Source of the DNA: Bacteroidia bacterium
GTDB lineage: Bacteria; Bacteroidota; Bacteroidia; J057
Reading direction: 5' to 3'
NCBI GenBank assembly: GCA_041753595.1
Contig: JBGSTW010000013.1
Location: 1-64,000, forward strand
Length of the DNA stretch: 64,000 bases
A program made the translations under genes and the position numbers. Under the pieces are notes generated by a model. It made no database searches, was not told where the DNA came from, and worked only from the letters and a program-made list of their open reading frames with translations. Positions 19,534 through 28,992 of this stretch are shown here, in pieces (positions within the stretch are counted from its first letter, which is position 1; each line of letters starts with the position of its first letter).

Positions 19534-20070
19534 ATGAATCACCTCTTCAAAACTGGATTACTCCTGGCCGCAACCGCCGCCATGCTTTTCGCCTGCAATA
19601 CCTCCGCGCCAAAGCCCGATGCCGCTGCCCTGGCCCAAGCCGAAGCGCAGATAGCCGCCACCCTCGATTCATTCAACGTTGCAGCCGCCGATGCTGACTT
19701 CGACCGCTACTTCGATTTCTATACCGAAGACGGCATTTTTACCGGGACCGACGCCACCGAACGCTGGGACAAAGCCCGGTTCATGGTGTGGGCAAAGCCC
19801 TTCTTCGACAAAGGCGCTGCCTGGAATTTTACCTCCGTGGAGCGCCATATCTACCTCGACCCCAACGGCGAAATTGCCTGGTTTGACGAATTGCTCAATA
19901 CCCAGATGAAAATCTGCCGCGGCTCAGGCGTGATGGTGAAGCGCGGCGACGACTGGAAGGTGCAGCAATACATCCTTTCCATGACGGTGCCCAACAGCCA
20001 ATTAGATGCCGTTTTGCCGCTCAAAGCTGCAGAAGAAGATTCGCTGATGGAGATTTTGACGAAAAAATAA
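19534..20070 (+). CDS. NTF2/SnoaL-like fold lipoprotein (hypothetical)
   Basis: ATG at 19534. Lipoprotein signal MNHLFKTGLLLAATAAMLFAC. Compact alpha+beta sequence with conserved W/F/D residues, consistent with an NTF2-like cone. Confidence 0.55.
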   Translation: MNHLFKTGLLLAATAAMLFACNTSAPKPDAAALAQAEAQIAATLDSFNVAAADADFDRYFDFYTEDGIFTGTDATERWDKARFMVWAKPFFDKGAAWNFTSVERHIYLDPNGEIAWFDELLNTQMKICRGSGVMVKRGDDWKVQQYILSMTVPNSQLDAVLPLKAAEEDSLMEILTKK

Positions 20071-20088
20071 ACCTGTGACAACCGCTGT

Positions 20089-20535
20089 ATGACCGCCGAA
20101 ATCCTGCTTCGCTACCTACACTTTATCAGCATTTTCGCTATTGTCGGCGCCCTCCTTGCCGAGCACCTGCTGCTGAAACCCCGCCTTACCCGATTGGCGA
20201 TCACTCAACTCACCCGCATCGATGCGATATATGGCATCGCGGCAGTAGTATTGCTGGCGGCGGGCTTTACGCTATGGCTGGGAGGCGTAGGCAAACCCTC
20301 ATTTTTTTATACCAAAAACTGGGTGTTTCACGTCAAACTTGGCTTGTTCGTGGTGCTGGGACTGCTGTCCATTTACCCCTCCGTATTTTTTATGAAAAAC
20401 CGCAAAGGAGACCCGGAGGAGGAAATCGAAATTCCGGCGATGGTATTCTGGATGTTGCGACTGGAGCTGTTGATCCTGCTGATTATCCCTTTGTTGGCGG
20501 GGCTCATGGCCAAAGGGGTGGGATTTTTCGGATAA
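20089..20535 (+). CDS. small integral membrane protein (4 predicted TM helices), hypothetical
   Basis: Hydrophobic segments FISIFAIVGALLA, IAAVVLLAAGFTLWL, LGLFVVLGLLSIYP and LLILLIIPLLAGLMA. It lies 18 bp downstream of the NTF2-like gene. Confidence 0.55.
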   Translation: MTAEILLRYLHFISIFAIVGALLAEHLLLKPRLTRLAITQLTRIDAIYGIAAVVLLAAGFTLWLGGVGKPSFFYTKNWVFHVKLGLFVVLGLLSIYPSVFFMKNRKGDPEEEIEIPAMVFWMLRLELLILLIIPLLAGLMAKGVGFFG

Positions 20536-20543
20536 AAAACCGC

Positions 20544-21161
20544 TCAGGCATCCGCATCCTGGGGCCGGGTTTTCAGCACTATTTTCTTTTTGTTTCCCGT
20601 ACCTACCTGAGTCGCGGCCTGCTTATTGGCCAGCGATTCGGCGAGCTTGGCGCGTTTTTCAGCTTCGGCTTCCGGGGTCATGGTGGCAAATTCGAAGTTC
20701 AGGGCTTCCCGCTCAAAATGGCTATAGTCGTATTCGGGCGTCATGGTCAGGCACTCGGTGGGGCAAACGGTGGTGCAGAGCCCGCAAAAGCAGCACTTGG
20801 CAAGGTCGATGTCGAAAGTGGCCAGTTCGAGCCTTTTTTTGCTGCCGTCGGAAGTAGTGCCGAGGTCGTCCACCGCCTTGAATCCGTCGATGTCGATGCA
20901 GTCCACGGGGCAAATGCGCGCGCATTTATCGCATACAATGCAATCGTCCTCTTCGAGGTGTAGCTGATAGCGGCCATTGACAGGCGTAGGCACCGTTTCG
21001 CGAGGGTACTGAACCGTAACCGGACCATCGGGACGGTCAAAATAGCCCGCCGCCTGGATGCCCAGTTGATTTCGCCGGGTACCCGCCCGCCCAAAATGCC
21101 TGCCGGTAAGGAGCAAGCCGCCCACGAGGGTCTGCCAGGTCTGGAGGAATTCGCGTAGCAT
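20544..21161 (-). CDS. nuoI: NuoI-like 2x[4Fe-4S] ferredoxin (NADH-quinone oxidoreductase subunit I family)
   Basis: Two CxxCxxCxxxCP motifs: CIVCDKCARICPVDC and CCFCGLCTTVCPTEC, with NuoI-like spacing. ATG at 21161; the ORF track starts at a TTG at 21167. Confidence 0.75.
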   Translation of the reverse strand: MLREFLQTWQTLVGGLLLTGRHFGRAGTRRNQLGIQAAGYFDRPDGPVTVQYPRETVPTPVNGRYQLHLEEDDCIVCDKCARICPVDCIDIDGFKAVDDLGTTSDGSKKRLELATFDIDLAKCCFCGLCTTVCPTECLTMTPEYDYSHFEREALNFEFATMTPEAEAEKRAKLAESLANKQAATQVGTGNKKKIVLKTRPQDADA

Positions 21162-21260
21162 GGTCAAAGGTACTGGTTTTCGACTTTCCGCGACTGTGGG
21201 GATTTATTTTTCAAAACAGTTCCTTCGCTTGCATACATTTCCCGGCAGCTTCCACTCCGC

Positions 21261-24200
21261 TCAGGATTTGTCTTCGAGCACCTTGCGGATGGCTTCCATG
21301 TGGCTGGTAAACTGGCCGATGTCGCGCACCAGCTGGGCCATGTAGTCGGCGTTCAGGGCTTTTGTTTCCAGGAAAATGCGGCAGATTTCCTCCCACCTGT
21401 TTTTTTCTTTTTCTGAAAAACGGTCCATCATCCGCTTGAATGCCAGCATATTGGCCTCTGCCCCACTGGCCAGGGTTTGCGATTCGGCTTCGTAGTGGCC
21501 CATGATGAGGACATCCAGCTCGGTATCGTTCATCACGGGCGACACCTTTTCGGCGAGGCGACCCATGTTGCGGTAAGAGCCCTGCAGGCGGAAAGGCGGT
21601 TCACGGCGATAAGCCTCTGCCTGCGCAGCGGAGGAAATGTAGTTTTGGTTTACCTTCAGCACCACCTCGCGCACCACCAGCAGCTTTTTCAGCACCGACA
21701 CGGCGTCGTTCAACTCGTCGGGAGAGAAATTGCTGGAAAACTCAGCACCGGCCAGATCCCCCGTTTCGGCGAGGCGATAGAGCGTGTAGAGGTCCTCCTG
21801 CGGGCGTGAAGCGAGCGAAGCCAGCACCGGATTGCTGGTGAGGGCATTTTCGATATAGCTCAACCGGAAAGCTGATTCATTGCCACCGAGCATGTCGCCG
21901 AGGTTGTAGATATCTGCCCGGTTGGCGAGCATGTCGGGTATCGTAAACCGCTCGCCCGACTCGGTATAGGGGTTTCCCGCCATCACGATTGCCAGCCGCC
22001 TCCCGCGAAAATCATAAGTGCGGCTTTTGCCTTTGTACACGCCTTCTACCTTGCGCTGGGCATCGCAGAGGGAGATGAATTTTTGTAAAAATTCGGGGTG
22101 GGTATGCTGGATGTCGTCGAGGTAGATCATCACGTTGTCGCCCATCTCAAAAGCGAGGTTGAGCTTTTCCAGCTCCTCGCGGGCAGCGGCGTTGGTAGCA
22201 GCACCAGGGTCGAGCGAGGTTACCTGATGACCCAGCGAAGGGCCGTTTATTTTCATAAAAATCAACCCCAGCCGCTGCGCTACATACTCCACCAGGGTCG
22301 TTTTGCCGTAGCCTGGCGGGGATATCAGAAGCAGCATGCCCGAACGGTCGTTGCGCGATTGCTCGTCGGCTGTGCCGATTTGCTTGGCAAGGTTGGCCCC
22401 GATCATCGGTAGGTAGACCTCGTTGATCAGGCGGTTGCGCACAAATCCACTCATGGGCCGCGGCCGGAAATCGTCGAGGCGGATCTGGGCGGTAAATGCC
22501 TGCACCAGCCGGGTTTTGAGCGAAGTAAACGTGCGGAAAAGCGGTGCCAGCTCGAGGTCGAAGTGGCGCATTTTCCCCGAAAAACCGTGATAATCGAGCG
22601 CATAGCTGCCCTGTTCGATCAGCTTGTGCTCCCCGCGCATACCGGGTATGACTTCTTCGCTCGAAGCGGCATGCACCGATTTCTCCTTCCAATCGTCGAT
22701 ATACATCAGCCCGGCAACCTCAGCGGCTGCATGGTAGGGGTCGGCGATACCTTCTTTGGCCAGGTAGGAGCGCACCCAGCCGAGCATGAGCCGATACCTC
22801 TCCACCGAATGATTTTCGAGGGCGGTTACCTGCGCCTGAAAAGCGGTGGCTGCCTTTATTTTTTTCAGAAAAACAAAAAATCCCTTAAACATCGTACCGG
22901 CCAGCTTGCTGATGGGCAGGTCGGCAGATCGGGAGCTGATATCCATCAGGAAATCAACCGCCGCGGCAGCCTCTTGTGGGTCGCCCCAACCTGCTGCGGC
23001 AAACGCGGCAACCTTCTCCTGCAATTCTGCCTTAATTTCCGCTGCCCAGGCCGCGCCGATATCCAGCTTGCGCACCGCATCGGCCGCTTCGAGCCGGGCT
23101 TTCCACACGGGCAATTCTTCAGCGCTCAGTCCTGCAAACAAAAACAACCGCCCCAGGGTGCGTACCGAAGGCGCATAGGCCAGCAGGCCCAGGCCCGATT
23201 TCAAGCGGAGTAAGCCCTCCACGATCAAGGTGGCGTCGTGGTCGTGCACGCCTTTCACGTATCCTTCCTGAAACCGGTCGGCCATGAAGGTGCGCACCTG
23301 CTCGCCCGTGTCGCCCAGCGGATCAAATGCCGGGGTTTCCAGCAGCTTATAGGCGAGGTATTCGGCGCGGTAAACGGCGGTATTTTCGGAGGGAAGCGAT
23401 TGGCTCCAAACGGGACGGGTGGCATCCAGTTCGGGGTCGTTGATGGGTTCGAAAAAGCGGGTGCCCGTAAGGTGGTAAGACAGCTGGTCGTGCTGCAACG
23501 CCACGGTAGCTTCGAGGGGGTGCTGCTGCACCGAAAAGCGGTGATTGCCCAGTTTCAGCACATGGGCCTGGTCCTCAAATATCTCTTTCCGGTCGCGGAG
23601 CTGGCGTACGGCTTCTTCGCGGAGGCCCTGCAGGCGGCTCATCAACTCGGTGGCACGGGTGGGGTCGTTGAGGCTTTGGAGTTGGGTGGCGAGGTCGCGC
23701 ACCTTCACCGCCATGAGGTCGGCAGCAAAGTAGGCGTTTATTTCGTCGGGGCTTTCCATGCGGGCGAGGCGCTGGCGGATGCCTTTCAGGATGCGGTCTC
23801 CGGCATCGGCGAGGGAAGCAGATTTACGGTTACGCTCCTCCACGAGGGACACGCGCCGGGCTTCGAAGGTCTGCACTACTTCTTCGCGCTTGAGGGCAAG
23901 GTCGGTGGCAAATTCTTCAAAATCAGCAAATTTCCCATCCAGCTCCTCCAGTTGCACGGTGAGGCGGGTGAGGTATTCGTCGCATTTTTCGGGCGAGTCG
24001 CTGAGCTCAAAGTAGTTGGAGATCGACTGCGAAAAGAGCCGGAGCTGCGCGTGAAATTCGGCCGAGGCCTCGGCTTTGCGCAGGTCTTTGCGGCGGTTGC
24101 GAAGGGCGCTGCGAATGGCGTTTATTTCGGAGAAAAGAACCGAGATACGGTCAATGATGGCCGTGGTTTGGGTAGCGTCTTCGATGGGCAGGCTGCCCAC

Positions 24201-26099
24201 GGTTTCGATCAGCAATTCGAGCTGACGGGCGGCTTCGTCGAGCAGCTTTTCTACCTTATTGGCTTCGGCTACCTTGGTTACGGCTTCAGCTTCTTTGCGG
24301 AGGCGGGCGGCGGTTTCCTGGTATGGCTGCAGGGCTTCGGCTTTCAGCAAAAAAGCCACACAGTCACGGGCCAGGGCCAGCGATTGCGCGCCGATGCGGT
24401 TTTCCCAGTCAGAAAGGGCTTCGAGGTCGGCGTAGCGCAGATCCCGCAGAGTAATCACTTCTCCTTTCAGCCCCCGCAAATCGCTGAGGTAACCGACAAA
24501 TTCCTGCACTTGGCGGGCACCGTGGCGGCGTACTTTGTCGAGCAGGGTCGTAGCTTTTTCTGCAAATGTACCCACCGAATCGCGGGCCAGGGCCTGCAGA
24601 CGGCGCACTTTTTCAAATTCATCTATGGCGGCGGAAGCGGCAGCTTTTACCCCCGTGACCGGCACCGAAAGCTCAAAAGCTTCTTTATTTTTCAGCCAAT
24701 AATACCCGTCGAGGATATCGCCTGCTTTTTTGGATACATCGAGGTAGAGGCTGTTGTAGGGATCGGGTTTTTCGAGCAGGGTAAGCAGCTCGCGGCATTC
24801 GGCCAGGCCTTTCACGAGGTCTTTGTTGCCCACACGTGCCAGCCACGAATCGCTCACGGTATCGGCCGAGGCGGTATCGATGCCGTAAGGGGTCGTCCAG
24901 ACCTGAATCGTGTGCCGCCTGCCGGGCTCGGCTTCGGCCCTGAAATAGCAGAGCTCCCCGCCCGGGAAAAGCGAAAATCCCTGGCAAACAATGGGCGTAT
25001 CGGCCTGCTGGGCCACGAGGTTGTACGGAAAAAGGGTGTAGTCGCCCAGCTCGGGGTTGGTGAACACGTAGAGGAAATCTTCGCCGTTCGGGGAAGTAAT
25101 CCTTTTTTCAAACTGAAGGCCGGGGGGTATTTTTTCAAACACCTTGTAACCGCCCGTTTGGAGGTAAAAACCGCTGGGGAAAATAAGCCCCTGGTTGTCG
25201 GGCAGGAGTACGCAGGCCCCTTGCAGTGCATCGATCCGCACGGCGGTAGCCAGTTTTTCGTTCACCACGATGTAGCGAAAGTCGCGTTCCTGGTAGGGTT
25301 TTACCTTGAGTACGATGAGGTTTCCTACAAAAGCGTAGTAGATCTCAGCGTCGTCCAGGGTCTGGTCGGGCTGGGTGACGGCTTCGGAGAAAATGCCTTT
25401 GCCGGTGTCGGTATTGTCCTCCACCTTCACGGTAAGGTCACCGCCGATGGTTTCTACAAAGATGTGGTCCTCAATGGAAATATGCGGGTGCTTGCCCTTG
25501 CGGTGCATGTCGCGGGTGGTGCGCTTCCACTGAAACTCGTGCTGATCGGGGAAACGAAACTCGTGGTCGAAGCGGTTGCCCTGGTAGTGGAGCTCGTTTT
25601 CGCGTACGGTCCACTTAAAGGTGCGGATGTCGGAGATGGTTTTCCCGGTCTGAAAAACCATGAACAGGTTGGGGCCAATGACCGCAAATTTCGAGAAGAC
25701 CGTTTCTCGGTAGTATTTGTAGAGGTTGTTAAAATCTTCGAGAAAACGAGCGTCTTCGATCATCTCCAGCGAAAGCGGCTTAAAGCTGAAGTCGCTGGTT
25801 TCGAATTGAAAAACGCTGAATACGTCGGCCAGTTTTACTTCTGTCCGCAACCCGATGTGCACATTGTAGCCAAACAAGAGCGTGTCTCCGATCGCGGCCA
25901 TGTCGCGGGGGAGGCAATTGTTGTCGGTGGTGACATGGTTCGTGGCGGCCAGCTTGGGTTCGCGTGCGCCGAAAATTTCTTTCCGGGCGGCGTTCAGCTG
26001 GTCCATACGGCTGCGCAGGTCCTGGGCCTGGGTGTCCAGGCGTTGTTTCAGGATGTCGTAAGCGCCCGTATCGAGCGCCACGTTTTCAGGTTGTGACAT
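21261..26099 (-). CDS. giant (~1612 aa) multidomain protein with a single AAA_5/MoxR-type AAA+ ATPase domain near residue ~1230; function unknown
   Basis: Walker A LLLISPPGYGKTTLVEY. Walker B VMIYLDDIQH. Followed by RRLAIVMAGNPYTESGERFTIPDMLANRADIY, where MAGNP resembles the MoxR/dynein-type NP motif. The N-terminal ~450 aa are beta-rich, the middle ~700 aa are strongly helical, and the C-terminal ~250 aa are helical. ATG at 26099, with a TTG at 26105. Confidence 0.85.
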   Translation of the reverse strand: MSQPENVALDTGAYDILKQRLDTQAQDLRSRMDQLNAARKEIFGAREPKLAATNHVTTDNNCLPRDMAAIGDTLLFGYNVHIGLRTEVKLADVFSVFQFETSDFSFKPLSLEMIEDARFLEDFNNLYKYYRETVFSKFAVIGPNLFMVFQTGKTISDIRTFKWTVRENELHYQGNRFDHEFRFPDQHEFQWKRTTRDMHRKGKHPHISIEDHIFVETIGGDLTVKVEDNTDTGKGIFSEAVTQPDQTLDDAEIYYAFVGNLIVLKVKPYQERDFRYIVVNEKLATAVRIDALQGACVLLPDNQGLIFPSGFYLQTGGYKVFEKIPPGLQFEKRITSPNGEDFLYVFTNPELGDYTLFPYNLVAQQADTPIVCQGFSLFPGGELCYFRAEAEPGRRHTIQVWTTPYGIDTASADTVSDSWLARVGNKDLVKGLAECRELLTLLEKPDPYNSLYLDVSKKAGDILDGYYWLKNKEAFELSVPVTGVKAAASAAIDEFEKVRRLQALARDSVGTFAEKATTLLDKVRRHGARQVQEFVGYLSDLRGLKGEVITLRDLRYADLEALSDWENRIGAQSLALARDCVAFLLKAEALQPYQETAARLRKEAEAVTKVAEANKVEKLLDEAARQLELLIETVGSLPIEDATQTTAIIDRISVLFSEINAIRSALRNRRKDLRKAEASAEFHAQLRLFSQSISNYFELSDSPEKCDEYLTRLTVQLEELDGKFADFEEFATDLALKREEVVQTFEARRVSLVEERNRKSASLADAGDRILKGIRQRLARMESPDEINAYFAADLMAVKVRDLATQLQSLNDPTRATELMSRLQGLREEAVRQLRDRKEIFEDQAHVLKLGNHRFSVQQHPLEATVALQHDQLSYHLTGTRFFEPINDPELDATRPVWSQSLPSENTAVYRAEYLAYKLLETPAFDPLGDTGEQVRTFMADRFQEGYVKGVHDHDATLIVEGLLRLKSGLGLLAYAPSVRTLGRLFLFAGLSAEELPVWKARLEAADAVRKLDIGAAWAAEIKAELQEKVAAFAAAGWGDPQEAAAAVDFLMDISSRSADLPISKLAGTMFKGFFVFLKKIKAATAFQAQVTALENHSVERYRLMLGWVRSYLAKEGIADPYHAAAEVAGLMYIDDWKEKSVHAASSEEVIPGMRGEHKLIEQGSYALDYHGFSGKMRHFDLELAPLFRTFTSLKTRLVQAFTAQIRLDDFRPRPMSGFVRNRLINEVYLPMIGANLAKQIGTADEQSRNDRSGMLLLISPPGYGKTTLVEYVAQRLGLIFMKINGPSLGHQVTSLDPGAATNAAAREELEKLNLAFEMGDNVMIYLDDIQHTHPEFLQKFISLCDAQRKVEGVYKGKSRTYDFRGRRLAIVMAGNPYTESGERFTIPDMLANRADIYNLGDMLGGNESAFRLSYIENALTSNPVLASLASRPQEDLYTLYRLAETGDLAGAEFSSNFSPDELNDAVSVLKKLLVVREVVLKVNQNYISSAAQAEAYRREPPFRLQGSYRNMGRLAEKVSPVMNDTELDVLIMGHYEAESQTLASGAEANMLAFKRMMDRFSEKEKNRWEEICRIFLETKALNADYMAQLVRDIGQFTSHMEAIRKVLEDKS

Positions 26100-26121
26100 G
26101 GCCAAAGGAAGTTTTCAGGGA

Positions 26122-28299
26122 TCAGGAAATGCCCGCCTGGTCGGCTGTTTTGTCGCTGATACCGAGAGATTCGACCACGCCCATGAGCTGCTGCAGCACC
26201 CCGCGCTGCGACTTATCGTTGGTCTGCGCCATCATTTTCAGGATCAGCGCCGACATCGAGAGGTTTTTGAGGTCGTCGGTCGATACCTTAAACTGGGCAA
26301 TAAACTCGCGCAATTTTCCCGTAAACTGGTTGTCGGAGCCGTCGCCAATCAGCTGGTTTTTGAGGCCATTGAGGGTGGAGCTGTGCTCAAAGAGGTTATC
26401 GACGTATTTGGCACTGACGACCGAACGGGTGATGCGGTCGAAGAACTCCTGCTCACCCCCGATGATGTCGATGTTGGCAGATTTGAGGGCTTCGGCGATG
26501 ACCATGGCCTGGGAAGCGGCCACGTCCTTCTGCACGTTGATGCGGGCGAGCTCGACCACTTTCTGCATGTCGAGGCGGAGCTTAAACTCCTCGTGGTCTT
26601 TGCCCACGCCGTCGAGCTGCTTCATGGCTTCGGCTTTGGCCTGTACGCCTTTGGCATCGGCTACGGCTTTGAGCTCGATAACGGTAGCTTCGCTGCGGCC
26701 CATTTTTTCTACGGCAGAGGCTTTCACTTCCGTTACTTCGGCTTCTACCTTGCCTTGTTCCGATTTCAGGGCGTTTTCGGTTTGTCCGAGGCGCTGGTTG
26801 GCATCGGCCTGGGCTTCGCCTTTGAGCTGTATGCCCTGGGCTTCGGCTTCGGCTTTCATGCGCAGCACATTGGCTTCCGCAAAACCTTCTTTTTCCTTGG
26901 CATGGGCCTTGGCTTCGAGCACGCGGGCTTCGGCTAGTCCGAGGGCGGCATGTTCTTCGGCCACGGCATCGGCCATTATTTTTTTGGCTTCGGCGTCCTT
27001 GTCCACGGCTTCGCGCTCGGCGGTAGCCACGATCAGGCGGGTTTGAGATTCGAGCTGGGCAGCTTCTTTTTGGGCTTCAGCGCCTTTTATTTTCACCACC
27101 AATTGCTCCTGAGCCTTTTGCTCGGCGGCGAGGATAGCTACCTTTTTGGAGCGCTCGGCCTCGGCAAAAGCAGAGGTATCTTTTATTTTTTCCTGCTCTT
27201 CTACCACGGCACGCTCCACCACCACGCGGTCGCGGATCACGTCCTGGATATTTTTCTTTTCCTCCTCCACGGCCTTTTCTTTGCCGATCTGCGCAATGGC
27301 CACGATGCGTTCGCGGTCGGTAGATTCGAGCTGGCGGTCGCGCTCCACTTTTTCGCTTTCTACGGCCAAGGTGCGCTCTTTGCTCTTCTGGGCCACGATC
27401 ACGTCGCGGGTTTTATTCTGCTCTTCGATGTCGATCTCCCGCTCGCGGGCGATGCGGGCGCGCTCGGATTTGGTCAGCTCTTCCTGCTGCACCCGCTTGA
27501 TTTCGGCTTCTTCGCGTGCTTTTACCGAGGCAACCTCCCGCTTCTGGATTTCTTCTTTTTCTGAAAGCTGGCGATTCAGCTCCAGAATGGCTTCCTGGGC
27601 TTCTACGTCCTGGCGCTTGATTTCCTTTTCCTTGTTGCGCTGAATTTTGTTGGCGAGGGTAATCTGGTGGCTGGTCAGCTCGCGGATTTTCTTGATACCC
27701 TCGGCGTCGAGGATGTTGTTTTCGTTGAGGAAGTCGATGGGGGTTTGCTCCAGGAAGTCGATGGCGCAGTCGTCGAGTACGTAGCCGTTGAGGTCGCGGC
27801 CGATGAGGTTCATGATTTCTTCGCGGAATTTTTCGCGGGCGTTGTACAGCTCCACAAAATCAAACTTCTTGCCCACGGTTTTGAGGGCTTCGGAGAACTT
27901 GGCTTCGAACAGGAGATTGAGCAGCTCGTGGTCGGAGGCACGGGCACAGCCGATGGTTTGGGCTACCTTCTTCACGTCGTCCACCGTGGGATTTACCCGC
28001 ACAAAAAATACCACCTTGATGTCGGCCCGGAGGTTGTCTTTACAAATAAGGCCCTCTTTGCCTTCGCGGGAAATCATCACCTGCTTCAGGGATATCTCCA
28101 TGGTTTCGGCATTGTGCAGGAGCGGGATGACCCACATACCTTCAAAAGCGACTCGGGTATTGCCGTAGCCGGTGCGCACCAGGGCTTTTCCCTGGGTTAC
28201 TTTTCGGTAAAAAAGGGAGATCAACGTCACGTAGCCAAAAATGGCCACCAGTACAATGACGCCGAAAATGATCCCAATGTTGAGTAGGAGGTTGTTCAT
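26122..28299 (-). CDS. flotillin-family SPFH/Band-7 protein (long form, 725 aa)
   Basis: N-terminal TM helix IGIIFGVIVLVAIFGYVTLI. The SPFH domain spans RTGYGNTRVAFEGMWVIPLLH...TQ. A long E/K/A-rich coiled-coil follows, then a flotillin C-terminal region. Confidence 0.9.
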   Translation of the reverse strand: MNNLLLNIGIIFGVIVLVAIFGYVTLISLFYRKVTQGKALVRTGYGNTRVAFEGMWVIPLLHNAETMEISLKQVMISREGKEGLICKDNLRADIKVVFFVRVNPTVDDVKKVAQTIGCARASDHELLNLLFEAKFSEALKTVGKKFDFVELYNAREKFREEIMNLIGRDLNGYVLDDCAIDFLEQTPIDFLNENNILDAEGIKKIRELTSHQITLANKIQRNKEKEIKRQDVEAQEAILELNRQLSEKEEIQKREVASVKAREEAEIKRVQQEELTKSERARIAREREIDIEEQNKTRDVIVAQKSKERTLAVESEKVERDRQLESTDRERIVAIAQIGKEKAVEEEKKNIQDVIRDRVVVERAVVEEQEKIKDTSAFAEAERSKKVAILAAEQKAQEQLVVKIKGAEAQKEAAQLESQTRLIVATAEREAVDKDAEAKKIMADAVAEEHAALGLAEARVLEAKAHAKEKEGFAEANVLRMKAEAEAQGIQLKGEAQADANQRLGQTENALKSEQGKVEAEVTEVKASAVEKMGRSEATVIELKAVADAKGVQAKAEAMKQLDGVGKDHEEFKLRLDMQKVVELARINVQKDVAASQAMVIAEALKSANIDIIGGEQEFFDRITRSVVSAKYVDNLFEHSSTLNGLKNQLIGDGSDNQFTGKLREFIAQFKVSTDDLKNLSMSALILKMMAQTNDKSQRGVLQQLMGVVESLGISDKTADQAGIS

Positions 28300-28329
28300 G
28301 GGAGGGAAGAAAAATGGTTTATTCAGAGA

Positions 28330-28992
28330 TTATTCAAAAGGTGAAACCAGATAAATGTCTTTTTCCGGGTCAAATTCAACGATGAGTGCCTGGGTGCCTT
28401 TTTCCAGGGCAATATCGCCTTCAGCGGCGGCATTGAGCTGAAAATGGCCTTCGTCGGTTTGTAAACTGATGCTGCCCATGCGGCCCGGAGAGATTCGGGT
28501 AACGACCTCGCCTATTTTCCCCACCAGCTCTTTCTTTTCTTTACCGCCCGCATTCATTTTCGCAAACATGCCCTTGAAAGGACTGGTAAATACCTTGGTG
28601 AGAAACAGGCCGATGAGGAGATTGGGAATCAGCCAGATCAGGAAAAACAAAGCCAAAGCACCCCCTATCAGCCGCTCGCCGATGAGCGAACCCGCCCACA
28701 GAAAAAAGGTGAAAAAGGTGAAAAATACCATGAAGGGTACTTTTCCAAGGTTGAAAAACGCGAGGGTTTCGAGTAAAAATCCCCCACCGGCGCCATCGCC
28801 ATCGTGCATGTCGCCATCGTGGCTGAGGTCGGCATCGTGGCTGAGGTCCGCGTCGTGGTCGGTGTGTATGTCGAGAAAATTGAGGTCGAGGGCCCCAAGA
28901 AATACCGTGACCCAGTACACCAGCACCAGCAGGAGGAGCAGGGTGTAAAAGATATGTACCGGAGAAAATGCAAGTCGAAACAGTTCAGCCAT
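28330..28992 (-). CDS. NfeD-like (YqiJ/YuaF-like) membrane protein, flotillin partner
   Basis: N-terminal TM helix and an acidic His/Asp loop HDADLSHDADLSHDGDMHDGDG. Further TM helices, then a C-terminal OB-fold-like soluble domain GKIGEVVTRISPGRMGSISL...LIVEFDPEKDIYLVSP. ATG at 28992, with a TTG at 28998. It sits 30 bp upstream of the flotillin gene. Confidence 0.8.
   Translation of the reverse strand: MAELFRLAFSPVHIFYTLLLLLVLVYWVTVFLGALDLNFLDIHTDHDADLSHDADLSHDGDMHDGDGAGGGFLLETLAFFNLGKVPFMVFFTFFTFFLWAGSLIGERLIGGALALFFLIWLIPNLLIGLFLTKVFTSPFKGMFAKMNAGGKEKKELVGKIGEVVTRISPGRMGSISLQTDEGHFQLNAAAEGDIALEKGTQALIVEFDPEKDIYLVSPFE

Noticed and set aside
20274-20963. 229-aa plus-strand ORF
   Set aside because: It overlaps the 3' end of the membrane-protein gene and is antisense to the NuoI-like gene. 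It is Gly/Arg-rich with no motifs.
23238-26096. 952-aa plus-strand ORF
   Set aside because: It is entirely antisense to the 1614-aa AAA gene. It has no motifs, and its long open frame is expected on the opposite strand of a high-GC, codon-biased gene.
25964-28287. Series of plus-strand ORFs (25964..27046, 26098..26937, 26950..27564, 27146..27643, 27667..28287)
   Set aside because: All are antisense to the flotillin coiled-coil region. Their translations are low-complexity (S/A/F/G-rich) mirror images of the E/K/A-rich coiled-coil.
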